From an uncultured virus (IMG/VR IMGVR_UViG_3300042526_000595) (lineage: Duplodnaviria; Heunggongvirae; Uroviricota; Caudoviricetes), in the IMG/VR virus record IMGVR_UViG_3300042526_000595, positions 1-64,000 of that record: a stretch of 64,000 nucleotides of DNA. One strand, 5' to 3'. The notes under the pieces are model-generated. The model saw only the letters and a list, made by a program, of their open reading frames with translations. It ran no database searches and was not told the DNA's origin. The position numbers and the translations under genes are program-made. Shown piece by piece: positions 40,501 to 49,148 of the stretch. Position 1 is the stretch's first letter; every line of letters starts with the position of its first letter.

Positions 40501-42366
40501 TATATTGTTTCCTACTATACCAACAAATACATAATCATATCCTATTGTTCCACCTAAATCTGTACAAACTGGAATATTTATTGTTGTTAATGAAGTACAA
40601 ACACCAAAACAACCACTTCCTGCAATAGTTAAGTTAGGTAAATTTATTGTTGTTAATGAATTACAATTATCGAAACAATAATCACCTGCAGTAGCTAATA
40701 AAGGCAATTCTAATATTGTTAATTCAGAATAACCATAAAAACAATAATTACCTGCCGTAGTTAAGTTAGGTAAAGATAAATTAGTTAATTGGCTAGCACC
40801 ATAACTACCTGTAGTATCATCACCAAAACACTGTACTCCAGCAGTTTCCAAAAGAGGTAAATTAAATAATGTGACTTTTGGTGTAATATCAAAACAATAG
40901 TCACCCGCAGTAACTAATGATGGTAAATTTACCGTTGTTAAATTTAATGCAAATACAAAAGTAAATCCTTCTAATGATATTATACTATTGGCATTATCAA
41001 TAATGCTTATTAAATTTATATTATCACTAAATAACCTATCTTTTATAGTTATATTACTACCACCAAATAATTGTACTTCGTTTCCAATAACTATAACTGA
41101 TGTAAATGGATTACCATAAGCAGGTAAATCAAAGAATGTATTCCAATCATTAACATCTGATGAATCTCCTACAAGAGCATTAGCATTAGCTATATCATCA
41201 AATGTTAATTTTAATGATGATGGTAATTGTGTTGGGGTTGGTGTTGGTGTCGGTGTTTGAGTGGGTGTTTTAGTAGGTGTTGGTGTAGGTGTTACATTAA
41301 TAATTGTTTCACAGATGTGGTTTTGACATTCCCACCCACAAGTTGCGCAAGAACTTTCATTACAACCACAACCACAACTAGTTTTAGTTTCGGGATTCCC
41401 CCCACATAAATCACAACCATAACTAACACGAGTATCGTGTTGATTATTAACGGACCTAGGTGGATAAACATATATACAACGACTATTAGTTATTGTATTA
41501 TCACAACAAGCGCAAGTTGTAACACCGGTTAATTCAGATGTTATTCTCGTATATCCTGTAAAACAATTTGGAGTACCATTTGCGTGATGATAAAATTTAT
41601 TTTCCGCCCTTGTACCTAAATAAAAGAATGTGTTCTTATTTTGGGGATATATCTCGTTAAGAGTTGTTTCACCTGAACTTGGTGTGTATTCATCAATTAA
41701 ACGAGGTTTTAAAACCATCTCAACGCTCCACCCTTTATTTACTCGTTCAGGGAAAATTTCATAATCATATCCAAATAATTTATAAAACCCTTGATAAAAT
41801 CCACCATATAATTCGTGGTATTTACCTTCCGATAATCCTTCTTTACTTACAACCTCATATAGTATGGTTTTATCAAACCCTGAAAATCTAACATTAGGTG
41901 ATTGGGTGTTACCAGTAACTTGGAACAATTTTAATCTTCTATCAAACGATAATCTATCAAATTTAATAAAATCTGAATATATTCCTTTTGTAAAATTAAT
42001 GGTTTCTCCACTCATTTTATCAACCAAACCATTATCAATCCCTGTTAATCCAATATCACAAGATGTTGATGATGAAAAACAAGAAAAATCTTCGTTATTT
42101 GGGTTATAATAATTTTGAGAAACAAAAATATTGTTAACATTATAATTTTTATAAGTTAATGTTTGGTCTTGAGCTGTGAGAGGATTATTTATGTCAAAAT
42201 AGAATGGTAATCTATTGCCATATGTTTGAGCAATCAAATATGGTGAGAAAATTACTTCCTCATTATAGTCTCGTTCATCGTTGGTTAACGACATATCTTG
42301 TGAGTCTAAACTCAACTTTAGAGACCAATTTGACTTATAATATTGATTTATATTTTGACTCGCCAT
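37570..42366 (-). CDS. Large virion protein: Cys-rich, LamG-like backbone interrupted by three LRR cassettes
   Basis: C-terminal LKIYINGKL...FDGGISQFRMY (LamG-like); three TFDDIANA...DWNxFFxLP cassettes with LRRs. Confidence 0.7.
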   Translation of the reverse strand: MASQNINQYYKSNWSLKLSLDSQDMSLTNDERDYNEEVIFSPYLIAQTYGNRLPFYFDINNPLTAQDQTLTYKNYNVNNIFVSQNYYNPNNEDFSCFSSSTSCDIGLTGIDNGLVDKMSGETINFTKGIYSDFIKFDRLSFDRRLKLFQVTGNTQSPNVRFSGFDKTILYEVVSKEGLSEGKYHELYGGFYQGFYKLFGYDYEIFPERVNKGWSVEMVLKPRLIDEYTPSSGETTLNEIYPQNKNTFFYLGTRAENKFYHHANGTPNCFTGYTRITSELTGVTTCACCDNTITNSRCIYVYPPRSVNNQHDTRVSYGCDLCGGNPETKTSCGCGCNESSCATCGWECQNHICETIINVTPTPTPTKTPTQTPTPTPTPTQLPSSLKLTFDDIANANALVGDSSDVNDWNTFFDLPAYGNPFTSVIVIGNEVQLFGGSNITIKDRLFSDNINLISIIDNANSIISLEGFTFVFALNLTTVNLPSLVTAGDYCFDITPKVTLFNLPLLETAGVQCFGDDTTGSYGASQLTNLSLPNLTTAGNYCFYGYSELTILELPLLATAGDYCFDNCNSLTTINLPNLTIAGSGCFGVCTSLTTINIPVCTDLGGTIGYDYVFVGIVGNNITLTIDESIILDDDIIRLSFDNDLIINNSPYQPFIGYSGNLVIDFDDITNANLLVGDSSSVLDWNLFFNLPNWSTQFTSVVVNINEVTLIGGENIAVRDIFLNNNNILSFSGSCIAYIIDECFFACTSLISVSLPNLITVGIKGNGCFSYCNSLTTVYLPSSINIGVACFKQSGVLVNIDLPSAITIGDSCFFLCTSLTSVSLPSCTNLGLTTGNNNVFYNIIGKTITLTIPAALMTCNVGSPDGDIQYLQANNTVTIIEIPTSTPTPTKTPTPTPTPTQLPSSLKLTFDDIANANALVGDASSVIDWNTFFDLPTYGNPFTSVDIVGNEVRLIGGSDITIKENTFISNNNIIKVIDSVGCVTSIYTDSFSYCENITEISFPECLDITGGGYFDGGAFYGLLSLTSMYFPKLIAIDNQCFSNCTSLTTIDLPNLTTAGNHSFSNCVSLTTINLPQLINAGSYCFTNCYSLTTIDLPQLISAGDSFFYNCTSLTTISLPACTDLGGTVGDDIVFYNITGNIITLTIPAALMTCDVGSPDGDIQYLQANNDAVIIEIPTSTLTSTQSNCLSTPVCTPTCSNCTTCDTCDTCATTGFTSIENTCEVDPLYDSMSNALSFKLCGDPKNPQIGVKVLRFTGGCETTGSCETTGITYTTGYTITEYCSPGGIYPDCELINPAYLEEEHWFQLNAVWERYTWLDTCDLWYRGGLGDITERKYLESLANNTVSLITIPYTHTNGRTPEQIELVNLNEKWLLDKDYRKGRLKIYINGKLFYTIEDFEEIIPRGLNTDKEKQVGVPFNVSWGGGTQGLRENLTFSSSTSPLGPYIQDPECLPINDLSGTTFSGLNTNILIEQNFAGTFDGGISQFRMYVSPLSAPEIKHNFKLLKDTFKMFNPDCPDCNTNVCLVDDFEYEITEYTATPTPTPTITPTITPTITLTPTITQTPTPTPTIPEQIINDVLLINDNEYLSVGNQEYLKFN
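39601..41258. repeat. Direct repeat, 95 bp identical (39601-39695 and 41164-41258)
   Basis: Both encode [31 protein letters not shown]. Confidence 0.88.
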
Positions 42367-42376
42367 CTTTTTTAAT

Positions 42377-42405
42377 GATAAATACTCTAAAACGAAGTAT
42401 TTATA
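42377..42405. promoter_or_regulatory. Back-to-back divergent late promoters
   Basis: ATAAATACT-N9-AGTATTTAT inverted pair gives TATTTAT on each strand, before starts 42366 (-) and 42418 (+). Confidence 0.7.
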
Positions 42406-42417
42406 TGAAAAAGTTAT

Positions 42418-43248
42418 ATGATAAATTTTAACACGGAGTACTTCAGTAATAATTATTACTTCTTTTTAAAAGATAGAGGAGATAAAATATCCCTATATTA
42501 TTCTGTTGCGGATACTTTAACCGAATCAAGAAAAAAAGATGACAAGATTGACTTTGATAAAAAAGATACAAAAAAAATTAAAGATGTTATGTCTAAAGTT
42601 TTAAAGTCAAAGAAAAAGGTGTCAAAAGACGATTTAACTAAAACTTTAAAAAATGTTAAATCCAAAACAGAAATAGAAGAATTTGTTGATGAGGATGGAA
42701 CAATGTTAACATCTAGAATACCATATATTAATACCGCCTTATCTCCACGAAAAACGATGGACCAGACCGTTCCTATGGCAAGAACAACTAACGACCCTGT
42801 TACTAGAGGTTATAGAGTTTATTATGGTGAGAGTGAAGAAAAGGGTGATGAGATGATAAATGAAGTTGATTATTCAGAAGCATTTGGATATGCTGAAACT
42901 GAAAATATGGATTACGATAATACGGTTAAAACTCTCGCTAAAATGGGTGTTGAGAATCCGGAAGAAAGAGCTCAAGAATTTGGAAAACTTCCAAAACAAA
43001 AAAAACACGACGGTAAGTTAAAACAAAGATTATCTGAAAAAGATACAATAGAAGAACAACAGAAACAACAAATGACCAAAATGGTTGAGGATATTTTAAC
43101 CAAAAAATCAAAAGACGATTCTGGTGTTATCAAAAATAATGGTATCAGTAAAATATTAATGAAAAATCTTCAATCTATTAAAAAAATTGCTGAAAAAGAA
43201 GGTATTAGTATTAATATGTTAATTAAATCACTAAAATCAAATGAATAA
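42418..43248 (+). CDS. Hypothetical protein (charged; possible internal head protein)
   Basis: 276-aa ORF behind late promoter; LTE, INE, LSE motifs. Confidence 0.7.
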   Translation: MINFNTEYFSNNYYFFLKDRGDKISLYYSVADTLTESRKKDDKIDFDKKDTKKIKDVMSKVLKSKKKVSKDDLTKTLKNVKSKTEIEEFVDEDGTMLTSRIPYINTALSPRKTMDQTVPMARTTNDPVTRGYRVYYGESEEKGDEMINEVDYSEAFGYAETENMDYDNTVKTLAKMGVENPEERAQEFGKLPKQKKHDGKLKQRLSEKDTIEEQQKQQMTKMVEDILTKKSKDDSGVIKNNGISKILMKNLQSIKKIAEKEGISINMLIKSLKSNE

Positions 43249-43711
43249 GGATTTATACGGAAAATCTTTTGCTATCCCCCAAGATGTCATTGAATATTTA
43301 CATCAATGCAATCAAGCTGTTGGTGAAGTGGATGAAACAACCGAAGGGTTTAAAAGAAATAAAGATTTAAGAGATAAGAAAGAAATTACATACCAACAAT
43401 TAAAACGAATGAAAAATTGGTTTGATAATTTTGATGGTCACGAAAATGATACCACACATATTTTAAATGGTGGACATTATGTGAAAAATTGGGTCAATGA
43501 CACATTAAATTCTATGAGAGATAATGTTGAGAATACTAAACAGAATAAGTCTGAAGTATTACCAAATCAATTCATCCAACCTCACGAAAAAAATGATATG
43601 ACAAAGATGAATAGACCAACTCAATCACATAAATCAGCCGTGAATAGATATGATTCAGCAATTGTTGAGAATTTACAAAGAATAAACGATTTAATAAAAA
43701 AAATAATTTAA
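43241..43711 (+). CDS. Hypothetical protein
   Basis: 156-aa overlapping ORF; LKRMKNWF...LNGG...WV. Confidence 0.7.
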   Translation: MNKDLYGKSFAIPQDVIEYLHQCNQAVGEVDETTEGFKRNKDLRDKKEITYQQLKRMKNWFDNFDGHENDTTHILNGGHYVKNWVNDTLNSMRDNVENTKQNKSEVLPNQFIQPHEKNDMTKMNRPTQSHKSAVNRYDSAIVENLQRINDLIKKII

Positions 43712-43714
43712 GTT

Positions 43715-44008
43715 ATGGCAAATTTAGACCCAATAGACTTGGCTCAACCAGAAAATAAGTTGTCGTCTATCGCGACAGCACAAAGAGCAATATTATTCCC
43801 AAAAAACGATTATAAAACAACTAACCAATATTCTTCGGTTAATCCTGACGCATTGGCGGATGGAGATACTAAAGGTAAAGGGACTGGTGGTGATTTAGAT
43901 GTTTATAATCAAGGTGCCGGAGCAATCCAAGACATTTTAGAAAGAAAATCTGAAATAGTTGTGAATACCTTTAAACCAAACGCACCTTACACCACACCAA
44001 GCGCTTAA
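43715..44008 (+). CDS. Hypothetical protein
   Basis: 97-aa ORF; NPDALADGDTKGKG; TAATG coupling to next gene. Confidence 0.7.
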   Translation: MANLDPIDLAQPENKLSSIATAQRAILFPKNDYKTTNQYSSVNPDALADGDTKGKGTGGDLDVYNQGAGAIQDILERKSEIVVNTFKPNAPYTTPSA

Positions 44009-44424
44009 TGAAACTTTACAATACATTTAAGTCCCTTATTTTAGAAGTAGCGTCAGTTGACTCAATAGTCAATGCTATAAAAAATAAAGACAAGATAATA
44101 ATTTACTACGATGGTGATGAACCTGGTGGTCGTGGATTAAGGGAGATAGAACCTGTATGTTTTGGATACAGTAAAGCCGATAACCCTGTTCTACGAGCTT
44201 GGGATACTCAAGGAGCGTCTCACACCGGTTATAAAGGAGAACAACCTCTACCAGGATGGAGACTTTTTAGAGCAGATAAAATTCTCTCTTTTAAACCATC
44301 CGGAGAAAAGTTTGACACACCAAAACCCGGCTATAATACAGCCGGAGATAAAAGTATGACAAGAGTTATCATAAATGCGGTTTTTAATGAGCAACCAACT
44401 CAAACAGAACCAACACAATATTAA
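44008..44424 (+). CDS. Stand-alone WYL-domain protein
   Basis: IYY...REIEPVCFG...LRAW...WRLFRADKI. Confidence 0.75.
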   Translation: MKLYNTFKSLILEVASVDSIVNAIKNKDKIIIYYDGDEPGGRGLREIEPVCFGYSKADNPVLRAWDTQGASHTGYKGEQPLPGWRLFRADKILSFKPSGEKFDTPKPGYNTAGDKSMTRVIINAVFNEQPTQTEPTQY

Positions 44425-44430
44425 AACATT

Positions 44431-45042
44431 ATGACAAACGAAAATAGTTTAATGGAAAAATTAATGGTGTCTAAAAAAATGATAGACATTCATAACCAAA
44501 CACCAAGAGGGGGATTACCTTCTATGAATTCATATAATTCACCTGAAGTAGAATCATACGATGCTCCACAAGCAAAGTATTCATTACCTCAAGAGTTTTT
44601 ACAAGAAAATTCAACAACAAATGAACCTTATTTATCGTCAATACCTAAAACACCAACGATGCCACAACCTCTTACAAGTGATAGAGTTATGTCATCTAAA
44701 TTACCTGACGAAATAAAACGATTAATGATAGAACACCCAATTAACCAACCAAGTTCTATGGGTGGTGGTTCAGTTTTATCTGATGAATTAGTTGAAAAAG
44801 CGTCAAAATTAATGAATTTAAAAGGTAATCAACAACCAACCCAAGTTGTTAAAGAACAATCATCTCAACCAAATTTTAATAACAAACAATTAAAGGAAAT
44901 GTTAAAAGAAGTTGTTGAGGAAGTTTTATTAGAAAATGGTGTGATTGCCGAATCAACACAAAAATCAAACGAACTCTTCTCTTTTAAAGTTGGAAAACAT
45001 GTTTTTGAAGGTAAGGTAACCAAGATTAAAAAATTATCTTAA
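44431..45042 (+). CDS. Hypothetical protein
   Basis: 203-aa ORF; SKLPDEIKRLMIEHPI; C-terminal FKVGKHVFEGKV. Confidence 0.7.
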   Translation: MTNENSLMEKLMVSKKMIDIHNQTPRGGLPSMNSYNSPEVESYDAPQAKYSLPQEFLQENSTTNEPYLSSIPKTPTMPQPLTSDRVMSSKLPDEIKRLMIEHPINQPSSMGGGSVLSDELVEKASKLMNLKGNQQPTQVVKEQSSQPNFNNKQLKEMLKEVVEEVLLENGVIAESTQKSNELFSFKVGKHVFEGKVTKIKKLS

Positions 45043-45062
45043 CTTTATTTACTCTCAAGATT

Positions 45063-45093
45063 AACCCTCATCTACCAAGTTGGGGGTTTTTTT
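45063..45093 (+). terminator. Intrinsic terminator
   Basis: AACCCTCA...TGGGGGTT stem followed by T-run. Confidence 0.65.
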
Positions 45094-45126
45094 ATTTAAA
45101 AAACTTTCCTTTTGATTAAACCGGTA

Positions 45127-45134
45127 TATTTATA
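45127..45134 (+). promoter_or_regulatory. Putative late promoter of the homing endonuclease
   Basis: TATTTATA 16 nt before ATG 45151. Confidence 0.65.
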
Positions 45135-45150
45135 TAATAAAGATAAAGTT

Positions 45151-46065
45151 ATGGATATTAAAACTGAAAAAAAAATTATCTCCGAATATAAAAAGGGGAA
45201 AAGTAGTTTAGAAATTGTTAAAATTGTTGGATTATCAAAACCAACAATTCTTAAAGTACTACACAAACATAATTTAGTTAGAAAAAGAGATAGATGTTCT
45301 TCTTTAAATATTAAAAAAGATGGGGAAAAATACTATATTATTCGTAAATGTCCAAAATGTGGTCAAGACATAAAAACTACATCAAAAGATAGAACAATTG
45401 CTTGTCGGAATTATTTTAATTCCATAAATAAAAATAGTAATTGTGTTAAATGTATGTCAGAATCTTTTATTGGTGAGGGAAATCATTTTTTTGGTAAAAC
45501 TCACAAAAAAGAAAGTTTAGAAAAAATATCCAAAAGTAAAAAAGGTCAAAATTCAGGGGATAAAAATCATATGAAACAAGAAAAATATCGTCAAATGAGT
45601 AGAGATATTATGAGGTCAAATTGGGATAACGGTATATTAGATAGGGGTGTAATTTCTGAGCAAATGAAACAAACTCAACGAAGTGGTAAAATTAAATCAA
45701 CTATTGTTTCAAAAAAAGAAAAAGAGATTGTTAAAGAATTGAGAAAATTAGGTTATAAAATAATTCATTCATATCGGGTTGATAGTAAAGTGTGTGATGT
45801 ATATATCCCATCATTAAATTTAATTATAGAGTATTTTGGAGATTATTGGCATTGTAATCCAAAAAAATATGAACCAAATTATTTTAATCAGAAAAAAAAT
45901 AAATTTGCTTGGGAATTATGGGATTATGATAAAAAGAAACTTGAATTAATTAAAAGTTATGGTTATAATTTAGAAGTTGTGTGGGAGGGAGACCTAAAAC
46001 TCAACAATAAATTAATAGAAATCATAATAGAATCCTATGTCACAAAACTCACTTCAACGCCCTAA
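45151..46065 (+). mobile_element. Free-standing homing endonuclease (HTH, zinc ribbon, NUMOD3, Vsr/DUF559-like nuclease)
   Basis: N-terminal HTH; CPKC...CVKC; GNHFFGKTHKKESLEKIS; CDVYIP...IEYFGDYWH...YNLEVVWE; likely start ATG 45151. Confidence 0.85.
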
Positions 46066-47296
46066 CGGTCAAGAAAAGATTAGCGTACTCGTACTGCCAT
46101 CTGACCGCTCGGGCGTTGGTTAACAAAACGGTAAATTTCGCTCAGTCGACCCCCATGTATTCCTACAAAATCAATATCCCGATGATTTTCATGTGGATAT
46201 TGATTACGACCCAAAGATAGATGATATTAATTATTGGAAAAAATATCAGATAATTCACGCACATAGAACTATTGGTAATAACTACGATGTGTCGGCACAA
46301 ATAATTAAAGGGTTAAAAGAATTAGGGATTATTGTTATTGTTGATATTGATGATTATTGGTTACCAACAGTAGACCACCCAATCCATAGTATTATTGTAA
46401 AACATAAAATCCACGAAAAAATAGTTGCAAATTTAAAAGAAGCCAGTTATGTTACAACAACAACTGATTTATTTGCAAACGAAATTCGTAAGCTTAATAA
46501 AAATGTACTAGTTTTACCAAACGCTATAAATCCAAAAGAGGGTCAATTTAATCAACCAACACCACCATCAGAAAAAATTAGAGTCGGATGGCTTGGAGGT
46601 AGTTCTCACATTGAGGATTTAAATTTGTTGGGGAATTTTGTTCAAAAAAATCAAGACATAAATGATAAATTACAATATGTTATTTGTGGTTTTGATATTA
46701 GAGGTACCGTAACGGAAATGAATCCACAAACAGGTGAAGAAAGAAAAAGAGATATATTACCTCACGAAACTGTTTGGACTAAATATGAAGATATTTTCAC
46801 TAACAAGTATAAAACCATAGATGAGAACTATAAAAAACATTTATTAGAGTTCAAAGAAAGAGAATTTTTATCAACAAGTGATTTACCATATGTTAGAGTT
46901 TGGACAAAACCTGTTACAACTTACGCTATGAATTATTCAAAATTTGATATATCTTTGGCACCAATTAAAAATCATATATTCAATAGGATGAAATCTCAAT
47001 TAAAGGTGATTGAGGCTGGGTTTTATAAAAAAGCGTTAATTGCTTCAGAAATCGGACCTTACACCATTGATTTAAAACATTGTTTGAAAAATGGTAATTT
47101 TACAGATGGTAACGCAATTTTAATACCCGAGAATAGAAATCATAGTGATTGGTCTAAATCAATTAAAAAATTGGTTCAAAACCCTGAAATGATTACTGAA
47201 TTAGGCGAGAGATTATTTGAAACTGTTAAAGACAAATATGATTTAAAAAATGTGACCGTTACAAGAGCAGAATTTTACAAATCTTTAATTAAATAA
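46037..47296 (+). CDS. GT4-like glycosyltransferase with an internal in-frame TAA at 46121-46123 (candidate translational bypass; 415 aa if bypassed)
   Basis: Frame from ATG 46037 reads MSQNSLQRPNGQEKISVLVLPSDRSGVG*QNGKFRSVDPHVFLQNQYPDDFHV and continues into the 46193 ORF; VDIDDYW, RVGWLGGSSH, FNRMKSQLKVIEAG. Confidence 0.75.
46054..46119 (+). other. Long GC-rich RNA hairpin ending in the putative take-off codon
   Basis: TCAACGCCC (46054-62)/GGGCGTTGG (46111-19); CGGTCA (46066-71)/TGACCG (46102-07); inner GAT/ATC and GCGTA/TACTGC. Confidence 0.75.
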
Positions 47297-47299
47297 AAA

Positions 47300-48001
47300 A
47301 TGATAAACATACCTTTAACCAAAATATTGTTTCTTGATATTGAAACAGTTGGTGGATGTAAAAACTATACCGAGTGTAAAGTTAACAATCCTAATGTGGC
47401 AAAACAATTTGAAAAATATTTTGATTGGTTTCAAAAAAGATTTCCGGAAGATGTTGGTCGGTCATTTGACTATGTCTTTGAAAAACGAGCGGCATTAGTT
47501 CCCGAGTTTGCAAAAATTGTTTGTGTTAGTGTTGCTTTCGTTATGGATAATGGAGATATTAAAAAACAATCATTCTCCGGAGATGATGAAAAAAAATTAC
47601 TAAAAGATTGCCAAACATTACTTAATCGTTGTGGTAAATTAGATTTTTATCTATGTGGACATAATCTTAAAAATTTTGACATCCCAATGTTGGCAAAAAG
47701 AATGATAATTAACGGATTAAAACCATCCTCAATACTACCGTCTTACAATACAAAACCGTGGGAGATTAAAGCCATTGACACCAAAGAAATTTGGCAATAC
47801 GGAGCTTACACCGCAATTGGTTCATTGGACTTAATGTGTTCTTGTATGGATGTTCCATCACCAAAGGAAGGTGATGTTACTGGAGATAAAGTTCACGACG
47901 CGTATTGGAATAAAAATATGTTATCAGAAATCACTGCTTATTGTGAGCGTGATGTGTTAGTATTAATTGATGTAATAAAAAAATTAAAAGAATTAGAATA
48001 A
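47300..48001 (+). CDS. DEDDy 3'-5' exonuclease (PolB-exo-like)
   Basis: FLDIET, GHNLKNFDIP, YCERDV. Confidence 0.85.
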   Translation: MINIPLTKILFLDIETVGGCKNYTECKVNNPNVAKQFEKYFDWFQKRFPEDVGRSFDYVFEKRAALVPEFAKIVCVSVAFVMDNGDIKKQSFSGDDEKKLLKDCQTLLNRCGKLDFYLCGHNLKNFDIPMLAKRMIINGLKPSSILPSYNTKPWEIKAIDTKEIWQYGAYTAIGSLDLMCSCMDVPSPKEGDVTGDKVHDAYWNKNMLSEITAYCERDVLVLIDVIKKLKELE

Positions 48002-48597
48002 TGGAATATAATAATTTAGATTTTTTAGAGGAAAAGGCTAAAGAATTAAGACAAAGATTAGAGGGTGATTTTGAAGATTTAGATATGACCGAAATGATGA
48101 ATGAATTGGGTGTTGATATTAAAGATTTAGAGGATAAAATGTTAAATCATAGAACTAAATTACCTTTACAATTTAATAAATTACATCCCGATGCCGTAAC
48201 ACCTAAATACAATTACGAAGGTGATTCGGGATTTGATTTACATTCTATTGATGAGATAATTATACCCCCATTTGGAAGAGCTTTAGTCCCAACAGGATTA
48301 TCCTTTGACATTAAAGATGGTTATGAAATTCAAGTTAGAACCAAAAGTGGGTTAGCCATTAATCAGGGTCTTATGATATTAAATTCTCCCGGAACAGTAG
48401 ATTCCTCATACACAGGAGAAATAAAAGGAATTATTTTTAACACTAACCCTTTTGAGTTTACAATACCTAAAGGTATGAAAATAGGACAAGCTGTTCTATG
48501 TCCTGTTGTAAATGGGGGGTGGGTTGACTTAATTGAGGTTAACAAAATAAACGAAAAAGATAGAGGTGAGAATGGATTTGGAAGTACAGGAATATAA
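48001..48597 (+). CDS. dut: dUTPase (trimeric)
   Basis: DSGFDL, RTKSG, GTVDSSYTGEI, IGQAV, RGENGFGSTG. Confidence 0.95.
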   Translation: MEYNNLDFLEEKAKELRQRLEGDFEDLDMTEMMNELGVDIKDLEDKMLNHRTKLPLQFNKLHPDAVTPKYNYEGDSGFDLHSIDEIIIPPFGRALVPTGLSFDIKDGYEIQVRTKSGLAINQGLMILNSPGTVDSSYTGEIKGIIFNTNPFEFTIPKGMKIGQAVLCPVVNGGWVDLIEVNKINEKDRGENGFGSTGI

Positions 48598-49147
48598 CTC
48601 AACAAATTTAAAAGTGGTCATGAGACCTTATGAATCAGAACACGAATTAAGATTGTTTTGTCAAGAATTAAGAGAAACTTTAGGAGATTCTCCTACAATT
48701 GTTGAGCTTGGTTCATACATGGGAGAAAGTAGTTTAATTTTTTCACAAGAATTTCCGAATGGAAAAATTATATGTATTGACTCGTGGGAAGGAGGTTTTG
48801 ATGATTCTGATTCTGCTAGCCACGCTGATTATATTGATGTTGAAGAACAATTTGATTTAAGATTATCGTCTGTAAATAACATTACAAAATTAAAAGGGTA
48901 TTCAACAGACTTTACAATAGAATGTGATATGGTTTATATTGACGCTTGTCATAAATATGAGTGTGTTATGAACGATATTAAACATTGGAACCCATTGACT
49001 AAAAAAGTTATCTCTGGTCATGATTATAATACAGATGAATTTATTGTGGTTCATTCACATATAGCCGGAGTTAAAGTGGCAATAAACGAATCATTAGGAG
49101 TTCCGGATAAAACATTCGGAGATGGCTCTTGGTTTAAATTAAAATAA
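48572..49147 (+). CDS. Class I SAM methyltransferase (Methyltransf_24-like)
   Basis: VELGSYMGES, CIDSW, VYIDACH, SGHDY; start uncertain (48566, 48572 or 48620). Confidence 0.85.
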   Translation: MDLEVQEYNSTNLKVVMRPYESEHELRLFCQELRETLGDSPTIVELGSYMGESSLIFSQEFPNGKIICIDSWEGGFDDSDSASHADYIDVEEQFDLRLSSVNNITKLKGYSTDFTIECDMVYIDACHKYECVMNDIKHWNPLTKKVISGHDYNTDEFIVVHSHIAGVKVAINESLGVPDKTFGDGSWFKLK

Positions 49148-49148
49148 T

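Noticed and set aside
8487..42366. Diversity-generating retroelement TR/VR pairs
   Set aside because: No reverse transcriptase in the window; the repeat pairs are all coding and either identical or differ without evident adenine specificity.
46118..46132. Group I intron at the GT interruption
   Set aside because: Only 12 nt, with no room for a catalytic core. No frame-restoring junction has both a 5' exon ending in U and an intron ending in G, and the endonuclease lies outside the insert.
46037..47296. Simple pseudogene
   Set aside because: Not excluded but disfavoured: single lesion, intact downstream motifs, matched flanking codons and an adjacent hairpin.
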